The notes beneath the pieces are model-generated. The model did not search any database. It saw nothing but the letters and a program-made list of their open reading frames with translations, and was not told where the DNA came from. Below are positions 46,256-56,429 of a stretch of 64,000 nt of DNA, in pieces. This stretch comes from Candidatus Yanofskybacteria bacterium CG10_big_fil_rev_8_21_14_0_10_36_16 (GTDB lineage Bacteria; Patescibacteriota; Minisyncoccia; 2-02-FULL-40-12; IGHO2-01-FULL-4-A): the NCBI GenBank assembly GCA_002794035.1, contig PCXQ01000007.1, forward strand, positions 1,785 to 65,784, in the 5' to 3' direction. The position numbers and the translations under genes are program-made. Each line of letters opens with the position of its first letter. Position 1 is the stretch's first letter.

Positions 46256-47635
46256 TTATTTGTCATTGTTTTTATTTTTTACACTTTCTTCAACTTCTTG
46301 ATACAAGCCTTCTTTTAATGAGGGCTCCAAATCCGCCGAAGATTTTTCCTCCTCTTTGTTTTCTGCTTTTTTTTCCGGACTGTTTTTTCCTTCCTCAACG
46401 ATTTTTTCAGCTTCTTCAGCTGTTATTTCTTCTTTAGGCGATCTTACATCAATTTTCCAACCAGTTAATTTAGCGGCCAATCTTACATTCTGACCTTTTT
46501 TACCTATAGCAAGAGAAAACTGATCATCAGATACCTCAACTAAAGCATGCTTACTCTCGTCATCTAGTATTTTTACACCCACAACCTTGGCTGGGGCCAA
46601 ACTATTGGCAATATATTTAACAGGGTCTTCTCTCCATTCTATAATGTCTATTTTCTCACCATTAAGTTCGTTTATAACAGTTTGGACCCTTACTCCTTTT
46701 TGACCAACCAATGAACCGATTGGATCAACATTCTCTTCATTTGATAAAACAGCAACTTTAGATCTTGAACCGGCTTCTCTAGCTACAGATTTTATTTCAA
46801 CATTTCCTGCTTCAATTTCAGGAACCTCAAATTCAAATAACTTTAATACCAATCTGGGGTGTGATCTTGAAAGAAATATTGAAGGTCCTCTATTTGTTTC
46901 TTCAACTCTTAAAACTAAAAACTTAAGTCTTTGGCCAATTCTGTAATTATCAGAAAACACCTGTTCAATAGCAGGTAAAATACCGTTTGTTTTTCCAAGA
47001 TCAACAAACACCGTTCTACCCTCAGTTCTTTGAACAACTCCGGAAACAACTTCACCTTCAAGATTTTTGAATTCCTTAAACACAACCTCTCTTTCTGCTT
47101 CACGCAATCTTTGTATAATAACCTGTTTTGCTGTTTGAGCTGCTATCCTGCCGAACTCAGTCTTTGTTTCAAGCTCTGTTACTACTTCATCGCCTATTTT
47201 TAATTTTTTGTCTGTTTTCTTTGCATCTTCAAGAGTTATATATTTTTCAGGATTAAATTTAATTCTTAAATCTTCTTCCTCTTCTTCTTCATTTTTACCA
47301 TCCTTATCTTCTTTTTTGTTTGAATCACTATCTTCTTCTTTTTTTACTTTTTCATTTTTGCTTTGTGGCTCTATGTTTTCATCAAACTTAGGCAATTCCC
47401 CAACAACATACCCTTCTTCATCAACTCCTTCAATAACTATTTTTACCTGCCAAACCTTAATACCACCAGTCTCCTGGTTAAGTTTTGCTTTTATGATCTG
47501 CCCCTTTTCTCCATAATCTTTTTTGTAAGCAGCAGCAATTGCGGCTTCTATTGTTTCAACAATTCTATCTTCAGAAATACCTTTTTCTTCAGCTATTTGC
47601 CTTATTGATGTAATAAATTCTTTTGTGTTTAACAT
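46256..47635 (-). CDS. nusA: transcription termination/antitermination factor NusA (with acidic insertion)
   Basis: NusA N-terminal domain (IRQIAEEKGISEDRIVETIEAAIAAAYKK), S1 domain (GEVVSGVVQRTEGRTVFVDLG), tandem KH domains (SLAIGKKGQNVRLAAKLTGWKIDV) and a long E/K-rich insertion. Confidence 0.9.
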   Translation of the reverse strand: MLNTKEFITSIRQIAEEKGISEDRIVETIEAAIAAAYKKDYGEKGQIIKAKLNQETGGIKVWQVKIVIEGVDEEGYVVGELPKFDENIEPQSKNEKVKKEEDSDSNKKEDKDGKNEEEEEEDLRIKFNPEKYITLEDAKKTDKKLKIGDEVVTELETKTEFGRIAAQTAKQVIIQRLREAEREVVFKEFKNLEGEVVSGVVQRTEGRTVFVDLGKTNGILPAIEQVFSDNYRIGQRLKFLVLRVEETNRGPSIFLSRSHPRLVLKLFEFEVPEIEAGNVEIKSVAREAGSRSKVAVLSNEENVDPIGSLVGQKGVRVQTVINELNGEKIDIIEWREDPVKYIANSLAPAKVVGVKILDDESKHALVEVSDDQFSLAIGKKGQNVRLAAKLTGWKIDVRSPKEEITAEEAEKIVEEGKNSPEKKAENKEEEKSSADLEPSLKEGLYQEVEESVKNKNNDK

Positions 47636-48003
47636 AACTTTAGTTTACAACATTAACGCCTTAACAAAAACACACGCAAATTTTAAGATTAAAAATTTTT
47701 AAGTATTTTTAGTTTAAAACGTTAATATTTTTTTAATAAAACGGGTCGCTTTTTTAGCGACCTTGATATCATTCAACCTTAAATATAAGTATATTATTTT
47801 TTTAAAGGAGTGTCAATAGTTACAAAATTATTTGCCCACAAGTTATCCCCCGGTAGAGGTATTTACCCAATTATGTCAAAATGGTAAGTAACAGTTTGCC
47901 CCTGTTGAAAACAAATAACAATTTGAATGCTATAATTCAGTTATATGTTATGCGTTATATTTAATATCAAAAATATTACATATAATGCATAAAATACTTA
48001 ATA

Positions 48004-49713
48004 ATGCCATCGATACCCCAAAAAGATACAAGGAACACAGAGCTTGAAAAAGAACTTGATAAAAAAATGTCAGAGATTGAAGTAGATCGTGAAAAAGAAG
48101 AAGCGCAAGCCCTAGCTCAAAAAGTGGGGCTACCTTTTGTTAATTTAACAGGATTCCCTATCGATGTTAGCGCTCTTAGTATAATACCGGAAGAAGAAGC
48201 ACAGAGGGGTCGCATCGCAATAGTATCAAAAGATGGCAACAATCTAAAAGTTGTGACCGAAAACCCAGACAATCCAGAAACTAAAAAGATTTTAGAATCT
48301 CTAGAAAGCAAAGGATACTCTTATGCACTTGCAGTAGTATCTATAAATGACTTTAATAAGGTTCTCAAAAGATATAAAGAGGTTAAACAGAAAAAAAGAG
48401 TACAGCTTGGTGTTGTCGGAATACCCGAAGAAGAGGTTTCTGAACTTCAAAAAGAAATTCAAAGCATCTCGGACCTAAAAGAAAAATTAGGATCCATGAG
48501 TATAAGCAAGGTTCTCAATATTTTACTTGCTGGTGCTTTAAAAACCCAAGCCTCAGACATTCACTTTGAAACCGAAGAAAAAGGAATCAGGTTAAGATAT
48601 AGGGTTGATGGATTGTTAATAAACGTAGTTGAAACGAAAAAAGAAGGCTATGAAAAACTTTTGAGTAGAATAAAGTTGATGTCTGGATTAAAAATAAATA
48701 TAAATTCTAAACCCCAAGACGGCAGGTTCACAATAAGACAAGGAAAATTAGACATTGAAATTAGAGTCTCAGTAATACCAAGTGAGTATGGAGAAAGCAT
48801 TGTAATGAGAGTTCTTGACCCCAGAGTCATCAAGCAGCATCTTGAAGAACTTGGCATGAGAGATGAGACATTAACAACGGTGAAACGTCTCCTTAAAAAA
48901 ATAACGGGAGCCATTGCAACAACCGGGCCTACTGGTTCTGGAAAAACCACTACTCTTTATGCTTTTCTTAGACACGTTAATGCTCCTGAAATAAAAATAA
49001 TTACAATCGAAGACCCAATAGAGTATCATATAGAAAGCGTCACTCAAACCCAAGTTGACCCGGCTTCAGGTTATACATTCTCTAACGGCCTTCGGTCAAT
49101 TGTGCGTCAGGACCCTGATGTGATATTGGTAGGAGAGATAAGAGATGTTGAAACAGCAGAGATTGCCATGCAAGCTTCCCTTACCGGTCACCAGGTATTT
49201 ACAACTCTTCACACAAATGATGCTTCTGGAGCAATACCAAGACTTATTGACTTAGGTGTTAAACCAATAACAATTGCTCCCGCCCTAAATGCATCGATGG
49301 CACAAAGATTAGTTAGACGCCTCTGTGATAACTGTAAAGTTAAACAAAAGTTATCTATTAATGATTACAAAAAAATCGAGTTCGAATTTAGTAAGGTTTC
49401 AGAGGTGTCCAGAGATCAACTGCCTGAGCTGAATCAATCAATAGAAATTTACTATCCAGCAAAATGCAAAGAGTGTCACGATACTGGTTATAGAGGAAGA
49501 ATGGGTATTTTTGAAATATTTGAAATTGATACTGAATTAGAAAAATTAATACAAACATCTCCTGCAATATCTGATATTAGAGATTTGGCTATTAAAAAAG
49601 GTATGGTAACCATGGTTCAAGACGGTATGATAAAAGCCCTCAAAGGGCTGACGTCAATGGAAGAAGTAATGAGAGTAACAGGAGATACTCAAATACCGCT
49701 AGAAATAAAGTAA
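48004..49713 (+). CDS. pilB: type IV pilus/type II secretion assembly ATPase (PilB/GspE family)
   Basis: N-terminal GSPII_E-like domain, Walker A ATTGPTGSGKTTTLYA, Asp/His boxes, and a C-terminal tetracysteine motif (CDNC...CKEC). Confidence 0.85.
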   Translation: MPSIPQKDTRNTELEKELDKKMSEIEVDREKEEAQALAQKVGLPFVNLTGFPIDVSALSIIPEEEAQRGRIAIVSKDGNNLKVVTENPDNPETKKILESLESKGYSYALAVVSINDFNKVLKRYKEVKQKKRVQLGVVGIPEEEVSELQKEIQSISDLKEKLGSMSISKVLNILLAGALKTQASDIHFETEEKGIRLRYRVDGLLINVVETKKEGYEKLLSRIKLMSGLKININSKPQDGRFTIRQGKLDIEIRVSVIPSEYGESIVMRVLDPRVIKQHLEELGMRDETLTTVKRLLKKITGAIATTGPTGSGKTTTLYAFLRHVNAPEIKIITIEDPIEYHIESVTQTQVDPASGYTFSNGLRSIVRQDPDVILVGEIRDVETAEIAMQASLTGHQVFTTLHTNDASGAIPRLIDLGVKPITIAPALNASMAQRLVRRLCDNCKVKQKLSINDYKKIEFEFSKVSEVSRDQLPELNQSIEIYYPAKCKECHDTGYRGRMGIFEIFEIDTELEKLIQTSPAISDIRDLAIKKGMVTMVQDGMIKALKGLTSMEEVMRVTGDTQIPLEIK

Positions 49714-49735
49714 AAACGAATTTAAAATTCAATAC

Positions 49736-49905
49736 AAAGCCCCTGTAACCCGCAGGCAAAATAAACCCGGATCTTGGGAAATACCGGGGCAGAGCAAAAC
49801 AGAGGTATAATCCAGTCGGAACCAGGTTACCCATCTGAAAAATGCTCCGATTGAGACGAGTGCATCAACAAACCTCTCAAGATACCTGCGGGTTATAGGG
49901 GCTTT
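49736..49905 (+). ncRNA. 170-nt element closed by a 21-bp stem containing a G.U pair (candidate structured ncRNA or miniature IR element)
   Basis: AAAGCCCCTGTAACCCGCAGG (49736-49756) pairs with CCTGCGGGTTATAGGGGCTTT (49885-49905). The single imperfection is G.U only on the plus-strand transcript. An internal TATAAT lies at 49805-49810. Confidence 0.35.
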
Positions 49906-49981
49906 ATTTATTGTTTTTTTGTAATCAAAACACCCTTTGTTTAGGGAACTTTTACTTATATTCTATATAAAATTTCACAAT

Positions 49982-51022
49982 ATGTCAAATACTATTCAGA
50001 AAAAAAAGACCAAAGAACCCTCTGTAAAAAACAACCCCGAAGACCAGGAATTTGACCTTGCTTTAAGACCATTGGGTTTTAATGAGTATGTAGGCCAAGA
50101 AAACATAAAGAAAAACCTTGCCATACTTGTTGGTGCAGCAAAAAAAAGAGGAGATTCGTTAGATCACATTCTTGTACATGGTCCTGCAGGGCTTGGGAAA
50201 ACAACTCTTGCTTTAATAGTAGCCAAAGAATATGGCTCTGGCATAAGAATAACGTCAGGAGCAGCTCTTGAAAAAGCTGGAGATATTGGATCTATACTAA
50301 CCGGACTCTCAGACGGTGATTTTTTGTTTATAGATGAAGTGCACCGTTTAAATAAAACAGTTGAGGAAACTCTGTATCCAGCAATGGAAAACCATAGTTT
50401 GGATATTATAATAGGCAAAGGCACATCAGCTAAAACATTACAAATTAAACTCCCCCGCTTTACTTTAATTGCTGCAACAACAAAAATTTCATTGCTTTCA
50501 AACCCTTTTCGTTCCAGATTTGGCGCTTCATACAAGCTTGATTTTTATAATCAAGAAGAAATGGAAAAAATAATTAGACGTTCCTCAGATCTTTTGGGTA
50601 TAAAGACTTCACCAGAAGCAATATATATTATAGCTCGTGCTTCAAGATACACACCAAGGATAGCTAACAGACTTTTGCGTCGTGCTAGAGATTATGCTCA
50701 ATTTAACGAGTCGGGTTTTTTAGATGCAGAAGTAGCAAAAAAATCACTTGATCTTTTAGGTGTAGATGAGATAGGTCTTGAGAATACAGACAGAAGAATC
50801 CTAGAGGTTGTTGCTAAAAATTTCAAAGGAGGGCCAGCAGGCCTTAAATCAATTGCAGCAGCAGTAGCAGAAGAAGAATCAACAATAGAAGATGTTTATG
50901 AACCATATCTTATGAGAATTGGCTTTTTAGCAAGAACCCCTAGGGGTAGGATTGTTACAGACGCAGGATATAAACACATCGGACTTGAACAGCCAAAAGA
51001 ATCACAAGCATCATTGTTGTAA
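49982..51022 (+). CDS. ruvB: Holliday junction branch-migration helicase RuvB
   Basis: LRPLGFNEYVGQENIKKNL followed by Walker A GPAGLGKTTLA, sensor motifs and a C-terminal winged helix. Start set at the ATG at 49982. Confidence 0.95.
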   Translation: MSNTIQKKKTKEPSVKNNPEDQEFDLALRPLGFNEYVGQENIKKNLAILVGAAKKRGDSLDHILVHGPAGLGKTTLALIVAKEYGSGIRITSGAALEKAGDIGSILTGLSDGDFLFIDEVHRLNKTVEETLYPAMENHSLDIIIGKGTSAKTLQIKLPRFTLIAATTKISLLSNPFRSRFGASYKLDFYNQEEMEKIIRRSSDLLGIKTSPEAIYIIARASRYTPRIANRLLRRARDYAQFNESGFLDAEVAKKSLDLLGVDEIGLENTDRRILEVVAKNFKGGPAGLKSIAAAVAEEESTIEDVYEPYLMRIGFLARTPRGRIVTDAGYKHIGLEQPKESQASLL

Positions 51023-51088
51023 ATTTTAAACTTGTTGGTATTGATTAAAAATAGCCAGACGTTTAAAAATTAACAACTAAACTTTGTT

Positions 51089-51805
51089 TTGAGCGGACAT
51101 TCTAAGTGGTCACAAATAAAACACAAAAAAGGAGCAACCGACCAAAAACGCGGTCAACTTTTTAGTAAGTTAGCAAAAAAAATATCTATCGCAGCAAAAG
51201 ACAATCCTGATCCATCTACAAATTACAAACTGCAGGCTGCAATTGACGAAGCCAAGTCTGCCAATGTACCAAAAGACAATATAGAACGAGCAATAAAAAG
51301 TTCTTCTGAAAAGGACTCGGCTGAATTAAAAGAGGTGGTTATACAGGCTGTGGGTCCAGAGTCCATAGCTATAATAATTGAAGCAATAACAGACAATTCA
51401 AACAGAACAATAAATGAAGTAAAGAATATACTCAGCAAAAATAATGCAAAGATGGCAGAAGTTGGATCTTTAGATTGGATGTTTGATAAACTCGGAGTTG
51501 TTAAGTTCACCAAAGAAAACAAAGATCTCAACGAAGAACAAGAACTAATCTTAATAGAAGCAGGGGTTCAAGATATTCAAAAAAACAATGAAGAAATTAG
51601 TACATTGTGCCAAACAGAAGATTTATACACCATAAAAAATCTACTTATAGAAATGGGGATAAAACCTGATTATGCTGAAATTGAATATATACCAAAAAAT
51701 CCAATATTAATGCAGGACAATTCTGAAAAAAATAAATTAGAAAAACTGTTTGAGGAATTAAACGACCACGATGATGTAGAGAATATCTACTCAAACAATG
51801 GGTAA
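51089..51805 (+). CDS. yebC: YebC/PmpR family DNA-binding transcriptional regulator
   Basis: N-terminal MSGHSKWSQIKHKKGATDQKRGQLFSKLAKKISIAAK is the YebC signature. Confidence 0.9.
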   Translation: MSGHSKWSQIKHKKGATDQKRGQLFSKLAKKISIAAKDNPDPSTNYKLQAAIDEAKSANVPKDNIERAIKSSSEKDSAELKEVVIQAVGPESIAIIIEAITDNSNRTINEVKNILSKNNAKMAEVGSLDWMFDKLGVVKFTKENKDLNEEQELILIEAGVQDIQKNNEEISTLCQTEDLYTIKNLLIEMGIKPDYAEIEYIPKNPILMQDNSEKNKLEKLFEELNDHDDVENIYSNNG

Positions 51806-51883
51806 TGTTAGTTAACACTTAATCACTTTGTTTTTAAATAATAAAAAATAAAAAAACAGGTGTTTATTTGCTTATTTATTTAA

Positions 51884-52369
51884 TTGGTTATTTTAGGTAT
51901 TGACCCTGGAACATCCTTAATAGGTTACGGGGTTATAAAAACAAACAAAGAAGGTTACACGACTTTAGATTATGGTAAATTTGAGACATTAAAAAATATA
52001 AAGAATAAGGACAAGGTACTTGAAATTTTTAATTATTTTGATAAAATTATTAAAGGTTATAAACCTAACAGAATAGCTATAGAAAGCTTATTTTTTTTTA
52101 AAAACAGCAAAACGGTCATAAAAGTAAGTGAAATAAGAGGAATTTTAATGTTAGCTGCTGCAAAAAATGGTGTTGAAATAAATGAATTTACACCATTACA
52201 AGTAAAACAAGCTGTATCAACATATGGCAGAGCCGGGAAAGACCAAGTACAAAGAATGGTTAAATTAATATTGAATCTAGAAACAGAACCCAAACCTGAC
52301 GATATTGCAGATGCTTTAGCTCTTGCTATTTGTTGTGCTAATACACTAAAATACGAAGATGGTATATAA
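51884..52369 (+). CDS. ruvC: Holliday junction resolvase RuvC
   Basis: VILGIDPGTSLIGYGVI RNase H-fold N-terminus with the catalytic Asp, and the DIADALALAIC C-terminal motif. Confidence 0.9.
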   Translation: MVILGIDPGTSLIGYGVIKTNKEGYTTLDYGKFETLKNIKNKDKVLEIFNYFDKIIKGYKPNRIAIESLFFFKNSKTVIKVSEIRGILMLAAAKNGVEINEFTPLQVKQAVSTYGRAGKDQVQRMVKLILNLETEPKPDDIADALALAICCANTLKYEDGI

Positions 52370-52370
52370 C

Positions 52371-52402
52371 TTCTTCCTGAATAAAAAATTTTTTATTCAG
52401 GA
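52371..52402 (+). terminator. AT-rich palindromic terminator after ruvC
   Basis: CTTCCTGAATAAAAAATTTTTTATTCAGGAAG perfect palindrome. Confidence 0.5.
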
Positions 52403-52493
52403 AGGGGTTATCCCCTTTTTAATTTGTTCTGTTACACGATAGTAAAAACTGCCCTCAGGGAAGTTTTGCTATTTAACAGGGCACGGCGTCTAA

Positions 52494-52622
52494 ATGGAAG
52501 ACATTAAATATTTGTTAGACGACGAAGAAACCACTGATGATTCAGATGGTTCAGACGAAGAAGAGGTGGATGAAGATTCTGATGATTCAGATGACTCTGG
52601 TGACGAAGAAGATTCTGAATAA
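52494..52622 (+). CDS. 42-aa highly acidic peptide (MEDIKYLLDDEETTDDSDGSDEEEVDEDSDDSDDSGDEEDSE)
   Basis: ATG-initiated ORF below the 60-aa cut-off of the ORF track. About 70% Asp/Glu/Ser. Followed by its own 17-bp stem terminator (52640-52677). Confidence 0.4.
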   Translation: MEDIKYLLDDEETTDDSDGSDEEEVDEDSDDSDDSGDEEDSE

Positions 52623-52639
52623 ACACTTCTCTTCAGTTA

Positions 52640-52677
52640 GTAATCAAAAACACCCAATTGGGTGTTTTTGATTACTA
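52640..52677. terminator. bidirectional rho-independent terminator
   Basis: AGTAATCAAAAACACCCAattGGGTGTTTTTGATTACT perfect 17-bp stem between the acidic-peptide gene (+) and tyrS (-). Confidence 0.7.
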
Positions 52678-52690
52678 AGTTTAATTTTGT

Positions 52691-53896
52691 TTATTTGTCA
52701 GAATCAAAAGACGTTATTTTTAAAAACTTTCTTGGACCAACTTTTATTATATCTCCGGGTCTAACCTTAATGTCCCATTTCTTAACTGCCTCATTGTTAA
52801 CCCTAACGCCCCCTTGTTGAACCAAACGTTTAGCTTCACTCGAAGAAGATGTTAACCTCGAAGCAACCATTACAGATAACAAATCCCCCTCTATTGAAAG
52901 TTTAAATTTTTGTATTTCTTCGGGGGTTTCTTTGTTAACTATTTTTTCAAACACTTCTTTGGCTTCTTTGGCCCTACTTTCATCATAATAAATTTTAACA
53001 ACCTCAAAAGCTAGCTCTTTTTTTACATTAACAGGATTTTCTTTTTTGTTATCAATAGCTTTTTGTTTGTTTTCAATATACTCACTATCTTTATCTGTAG
53101 CTAATTCAAAAAAAGTTTTTATCATTTCATCAGGAACTCCTGCCATAATTTTTCCATACACATCTTCTGGTGAATCACTTAGAGCAATGAAACTTTTTTC
53201 AGTCTTACTTAATTTTTTACCACTATCTGCATCTACTAGCAATTTTGTGGCTAAAACTATTTTGTTTTTATCCAAATAAATCTTTTCTAAATCTCTTCCA
53301 ATTAACATATTAAATACCTGATCATTACCCCCTACTTCTCCGTCAACTTCCATAGCCACAGAATCATAGCCCTGCATTAAGGGATACAAAAATTCATGCA
53401 TATATATGGGTTTTTCTTTCTCAATTCGTTTCTGAAACATATCTCTTGCTTCAATTTGCTGAACAGTAATATTGCTAGCTAAATCAATAATTTTTTCAAA
53501 TGTCATTTTTTTAAGCCACTTACTATTGTATTCGATTTTAAATAATTTTTTCGGTATGATTTTTTCTATCTGATTAATGTAGTTTTTCATGTTTTCTTTA
53601 ACTTCTTTCTCTTCAAGTTTTTTCCTTGTTGCTTCTTTGTCGGTAGGATCTCCAATCATAGCCGTAAAATCACCTATCAGTATTATTACTTTATGACCTA
53701 TTTCGGCTAATTTTTTCAACAAAAAAAGCTGAACCGTGTGTCCAATATGCAAACTAGGTCCTGTTGGATCTATACCGTAATAAAACTTAAGCTTCTCTTT
53801 ACCCAATCTTTCAAAAACCTCCTCTTTTAACGGATAAGCAACATTTATATATCTACTAAATAATTCACTTATTTTATTGTTGTCTTTATTAGTCAT
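52691..53896 (-). CDS. tyrS: tyrosyl-tRNA synthetase
   Basis: HIGH motif in GPSLHIGHTVQ, KMSKS-like KLSKT, and a C-terminal S4 RNA-binding domain (RLVQQGGVRVNNEAV). Confidence 0.9.
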   Translation of the reverse strand: MTNKDNNKISELFSRYINVAYPLKEEVFERLGKEKLKFYYGIDPTGPSLHIGHTVQLFLLKKLAEIGHKVIILIGDFTAMIGDPTDKEATRKKLEEKEVKENMKNYINQIEKIIPKKLFKIEYNSKWLKKMTFEKIIDLASNITVQQIEARDMFQKRIEKEKPIYMHEFLYPLMQGYDSVAMEVDGEVGGNDQVFNMLIGRDLEKIYLDKNKIVLATKLLVDADSGKKLSKTEKSFIALSDSPEDVYGKIMAGVPDEMIKTFFELATDKDSEYIENKQKAIDNKKENPVNVKKELAFEVVKIYYDESRAKEAKEVFEKIVNKETPEEIQKFKLSIEGDLLSVMVASRLTSSSSEAKRLVQQGGVRVNNEAVKKWDIKVRPGDIIKVGPRKFLKITSFDSDK

Positions 53897-54006
53897 AATC
53901 TAAATATACTTAAAAATCGTTTTAAATTCAATCAAAAACATAATTTAAAAACATTGAAAAAAACCATAAAATATGGCAATATTTAGAAATGCACAAAAAA
54001 GAAAAC

Positions 54007-56121
54007 ATGAAAACAATCTGGCTAAAAAGAACTTTTATAGTCCTTTTTAGTTTGTTTGTATTAGGTTTAGCGCTTTCTGTCAGCGTTTTTTTATATTATT
54101 CAAGGCAAATACCTGATCCAAACGTTATTTCTTCTAGAAGAATCAGTGAGTCCACAAAAATATACGCCCAAGACGGCGAAACACTTCTTTACAACATTCA
54201 TGGCGAAGAAAAGAGAACTATTATTCCCTGGGAAGAAATCTCTGACGATGTTAAAAATGCCACACTAGTAGCAGAAGATGCTGACTTTTACACACACAAA
54301 GGTTTGGATATTAGAGGTATTTTAAGAGCTTTTTACAAAAACATTGTCGGTTTAGAAGTATCCCAAGGAGGTTCAACAATTACTCAGCAACTAATAAAAA
54401 ATTCTCTTCTTAGTAACGAGAGGGTTCTTTCAAGAAAAATAAAAGAGGCTGTGCTATCTGTTGAGATTGAACGAAGGTTTTCTAAAGACGAAATATTTTG
54501 GATGTATTTAAACCAAATTCCTTATGGATCAAATGCTTATGGAATAGAGGCGGCTAGTCAAACTTTTTTTGATAAAACAGCTAATGAATTAACCCTATCT
54601 GAAGCAGCTCTGCTCGCAGCACTACCAAATGCTCCTTCTTATTATTCGCCTTATGGTAACCACTACCCAGAACTCATAGCAAGAAGAGATTTTATATTGG
54701 AATCAATGCTTAGAAATAATTATATTAATCAAGATGAGTTTAGAGAGGCAGTGGAAGAACAGCCATCTTTCCAACCTCCTAGAGATATTATAGTAGCACC
54801 TCATTTTGTAATAATGGTTAGAGAATACTTAACCAGAAAATACGGAGAGGATATTGTCCAAAATGGAGGTCTTCAAGTTGTAACAACCCTAGATCACAAA
54901 TTACAGTCCCTGGCTGAGGATGTCATATCAAAACACGCAGATGACATCAAGACACGTTTTAATGCAGGAAACGCCGCATTGACCGCTGTAGACCCTAGAA
55001 CAGGCAAAATTTTAGCCATGGTAGGATCAAAAGATTACTTTGATGTTATAAACGAAGGAAACTTTAATGTTGCTACAGCATTAAGACAACCGGGTTCTGC
55101 TTTTAAGCCCTTTGCTTATATGACAGCTGTTGAAAAAGGATTTACTGATTCAACTATTGTTTTCGACCTTCTCACTGAATTCAACCCCGAGTGTGAGCCC
55201 GGAGCTTTTCAAGAAAAAGATAGATATGGTATAGATTGTTACCACCCCAAAAACTATTCGGGTGTTTTCAAGGGACCTGTAACACTCCGACAAAGTTTAG
55301 CCCAATCACTAAACATACCCTCAGTAAAAATACTACACCTTGCAGGTATTAATAAGACAATAGAAAATGCAAAAAAAATGGGAATAACATCCCTAACAGA
55401 ACCTGAAAGATATGGTCTATCATTAGTTTTAGGAGGTGCTGAGGTTAGGTTGGTTGATATAGTTTCAGCTTATGGAGTTCTAGCAAATGATGGGATTAAA
55501 AATCCCACCACTTTTATCCAAAAAGTGACAACTAGTGATGGTGTAATTCTTGAAGAATACAGAAAAAATGAAGACCGTGTAATAGATAAAAAAGTAACAC
55601 GCTTAATGAATGACATTATGTCTGATAATTTATCCAGAGCACCGGTTTTTGGATTCAATAACTATTTAAATCTTGGAGAAAGGCCTGTTGCAGCAAAAAC
55701 AGGAACAACACAAGAAAACCGTGATGCTTGGCTAATAGGATACACTCCGTCACTTGTCGCTGGTGTCTGGTCAGGAAACAATGATAATTCCAAAATGTCA
55801 GGAACAGCAGCAGGCGCTTCTGTTGCAGGACTAATATGGAATGATTTTATGAGGAAAGCATTAGAAGGAACCCCAATTGAACAATTTCCTGATCCTGACC
55901 CATCTACAAGCTCTAAAACAATGTTAAATGGTCGTTATGTAGGTGAAAACGGGGTTCATAACATATTATACTATGTTGACAAAAACGATCCTCAAGGACC
56001 AATACCATCAAATCCATATACAGACCCCCAATATGAAAACTGGGAATCATCTGTTGCAAGATGGGCAAGTAATGTTTTTAACACCCCATCATTAATTCCT
56101 AGTCCCAGTCCTACACAATAG
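54007..56121 (+). CDS. mrcA: class A penicillin-binding protein (bifunctional glycosyltransferase/transpeptidase, PBP1A-type)
   Basis: N-terminal TM anchor. GT51 motifs (EDADFYTHKG, GGSTITQQLIKN). Transpeptidase SxxK (GSAFKPF), SxN and KTGTT motifs. Confidence 0.9.
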   Translation: MKTIWLKRTFIVLFSLFVLGLALSVSVFLYYSRQIPDPNVISSRRISESTKIYAQDGETLLYNIHGEEKRTIIPWEEISDDVKNATLVAEDADFYTHKGLDIRGILRAFYKNIVGLEVSQGGSTITQQLIKNSLLSNERVLSRKIKEAVLSVEIERRFSKDEIFWMYLNQIPYGSNAYGIEAASQTFFDKTANELTLSEAALLAALPNAPSYYSPYGNHYPELIARRDFILESMLRNNYINQDEFREAVEEQPSFQPPRDIIVAPHFVIMVREYLTRKYGEDIVQNGGLQVVTTLDHKLQSLAEDVISKHADDIKTRFNAGNAALTAVDPRTGKILAMVGSKDYFDVINEGNFNVATALRQPGSAFKPFAYMTAVEKGFTDSTIVFDLLTEFNPECEPGAFQEKDRYGIDCYHPKNYSGVFKGPVTLRQSLAQSLNIPSVKILHLAGINKTIENAKKMGITSLTEPERYGLSLVLGGAEVRLVDIVSAYGVLANDGIKNPTTFIQKVTTSDGVILEEYRKNEDRVIDKKVTRLMNDIMSDNLSRAPVFGFNNYLNLGERPVAAKTGTTQENRDAWLIGYTPSLVAGVWSGNNDNSKMSGTAAGASVAGLIWNDFMRKALEGTPIEQFPDPDPSTSSKTMLNGRYVGENGVHNILYYVDKNDPQGPIPSNPYTDPQYENWESSVARWASNVFNTPSLIPSPSPTQ

Positions 56122-56126
56122 AGAAA

Positions 56127-56399
56127 CTATTTAATGACTAGATCTTTAACTCCCTTGATTTGATCAATTATTGTTTCCTTAACTAAAAGCAATTCATTTG
56201 AGAAAGATTTATTCGTAGTGAGTATATACAATTTTTCATTTTTAGAATAAAAATCCTTTACATATTGTAAAGGTTTTTTAATATCAGGGAATAATTCATT
56301 TATTATTTTTTTAAATTCTTGCCTAAGTTTTTTATCTTTATCTTCCTGTTTTTTGATTATCTCCTTGGTTTTACTTAAATCAAAATTTATTTTTTTCAT
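56127..56399 (-). CDS. DUF721/DciA-like small protein immediately downstream of dnaN
   Basis: 90-aa ORF. Its C-terminal half (NEKLYILTTNKSFSNELLLVKETIIDQIKG..VKDLVIK) follows the DUF721 pattern (..dG.L.V.v.ssaW..EL.....l...l......v.di.i). The position next to dnaA-dnaN is typical for dciA. Confidence 0.4.
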   Translation of the reverse strand: MKKINFDLSKTKEIIKKQEDKDKKLRQEFKKIINELFPDIKKPLQYVKDFYSKNEKLYILTTNKSFSNELLLVKETIIDQIKGVKDLVIK

Positions 56400-56429
56400 C
56401 TGGTTTAAAATTTATATTTAGACATCTTA

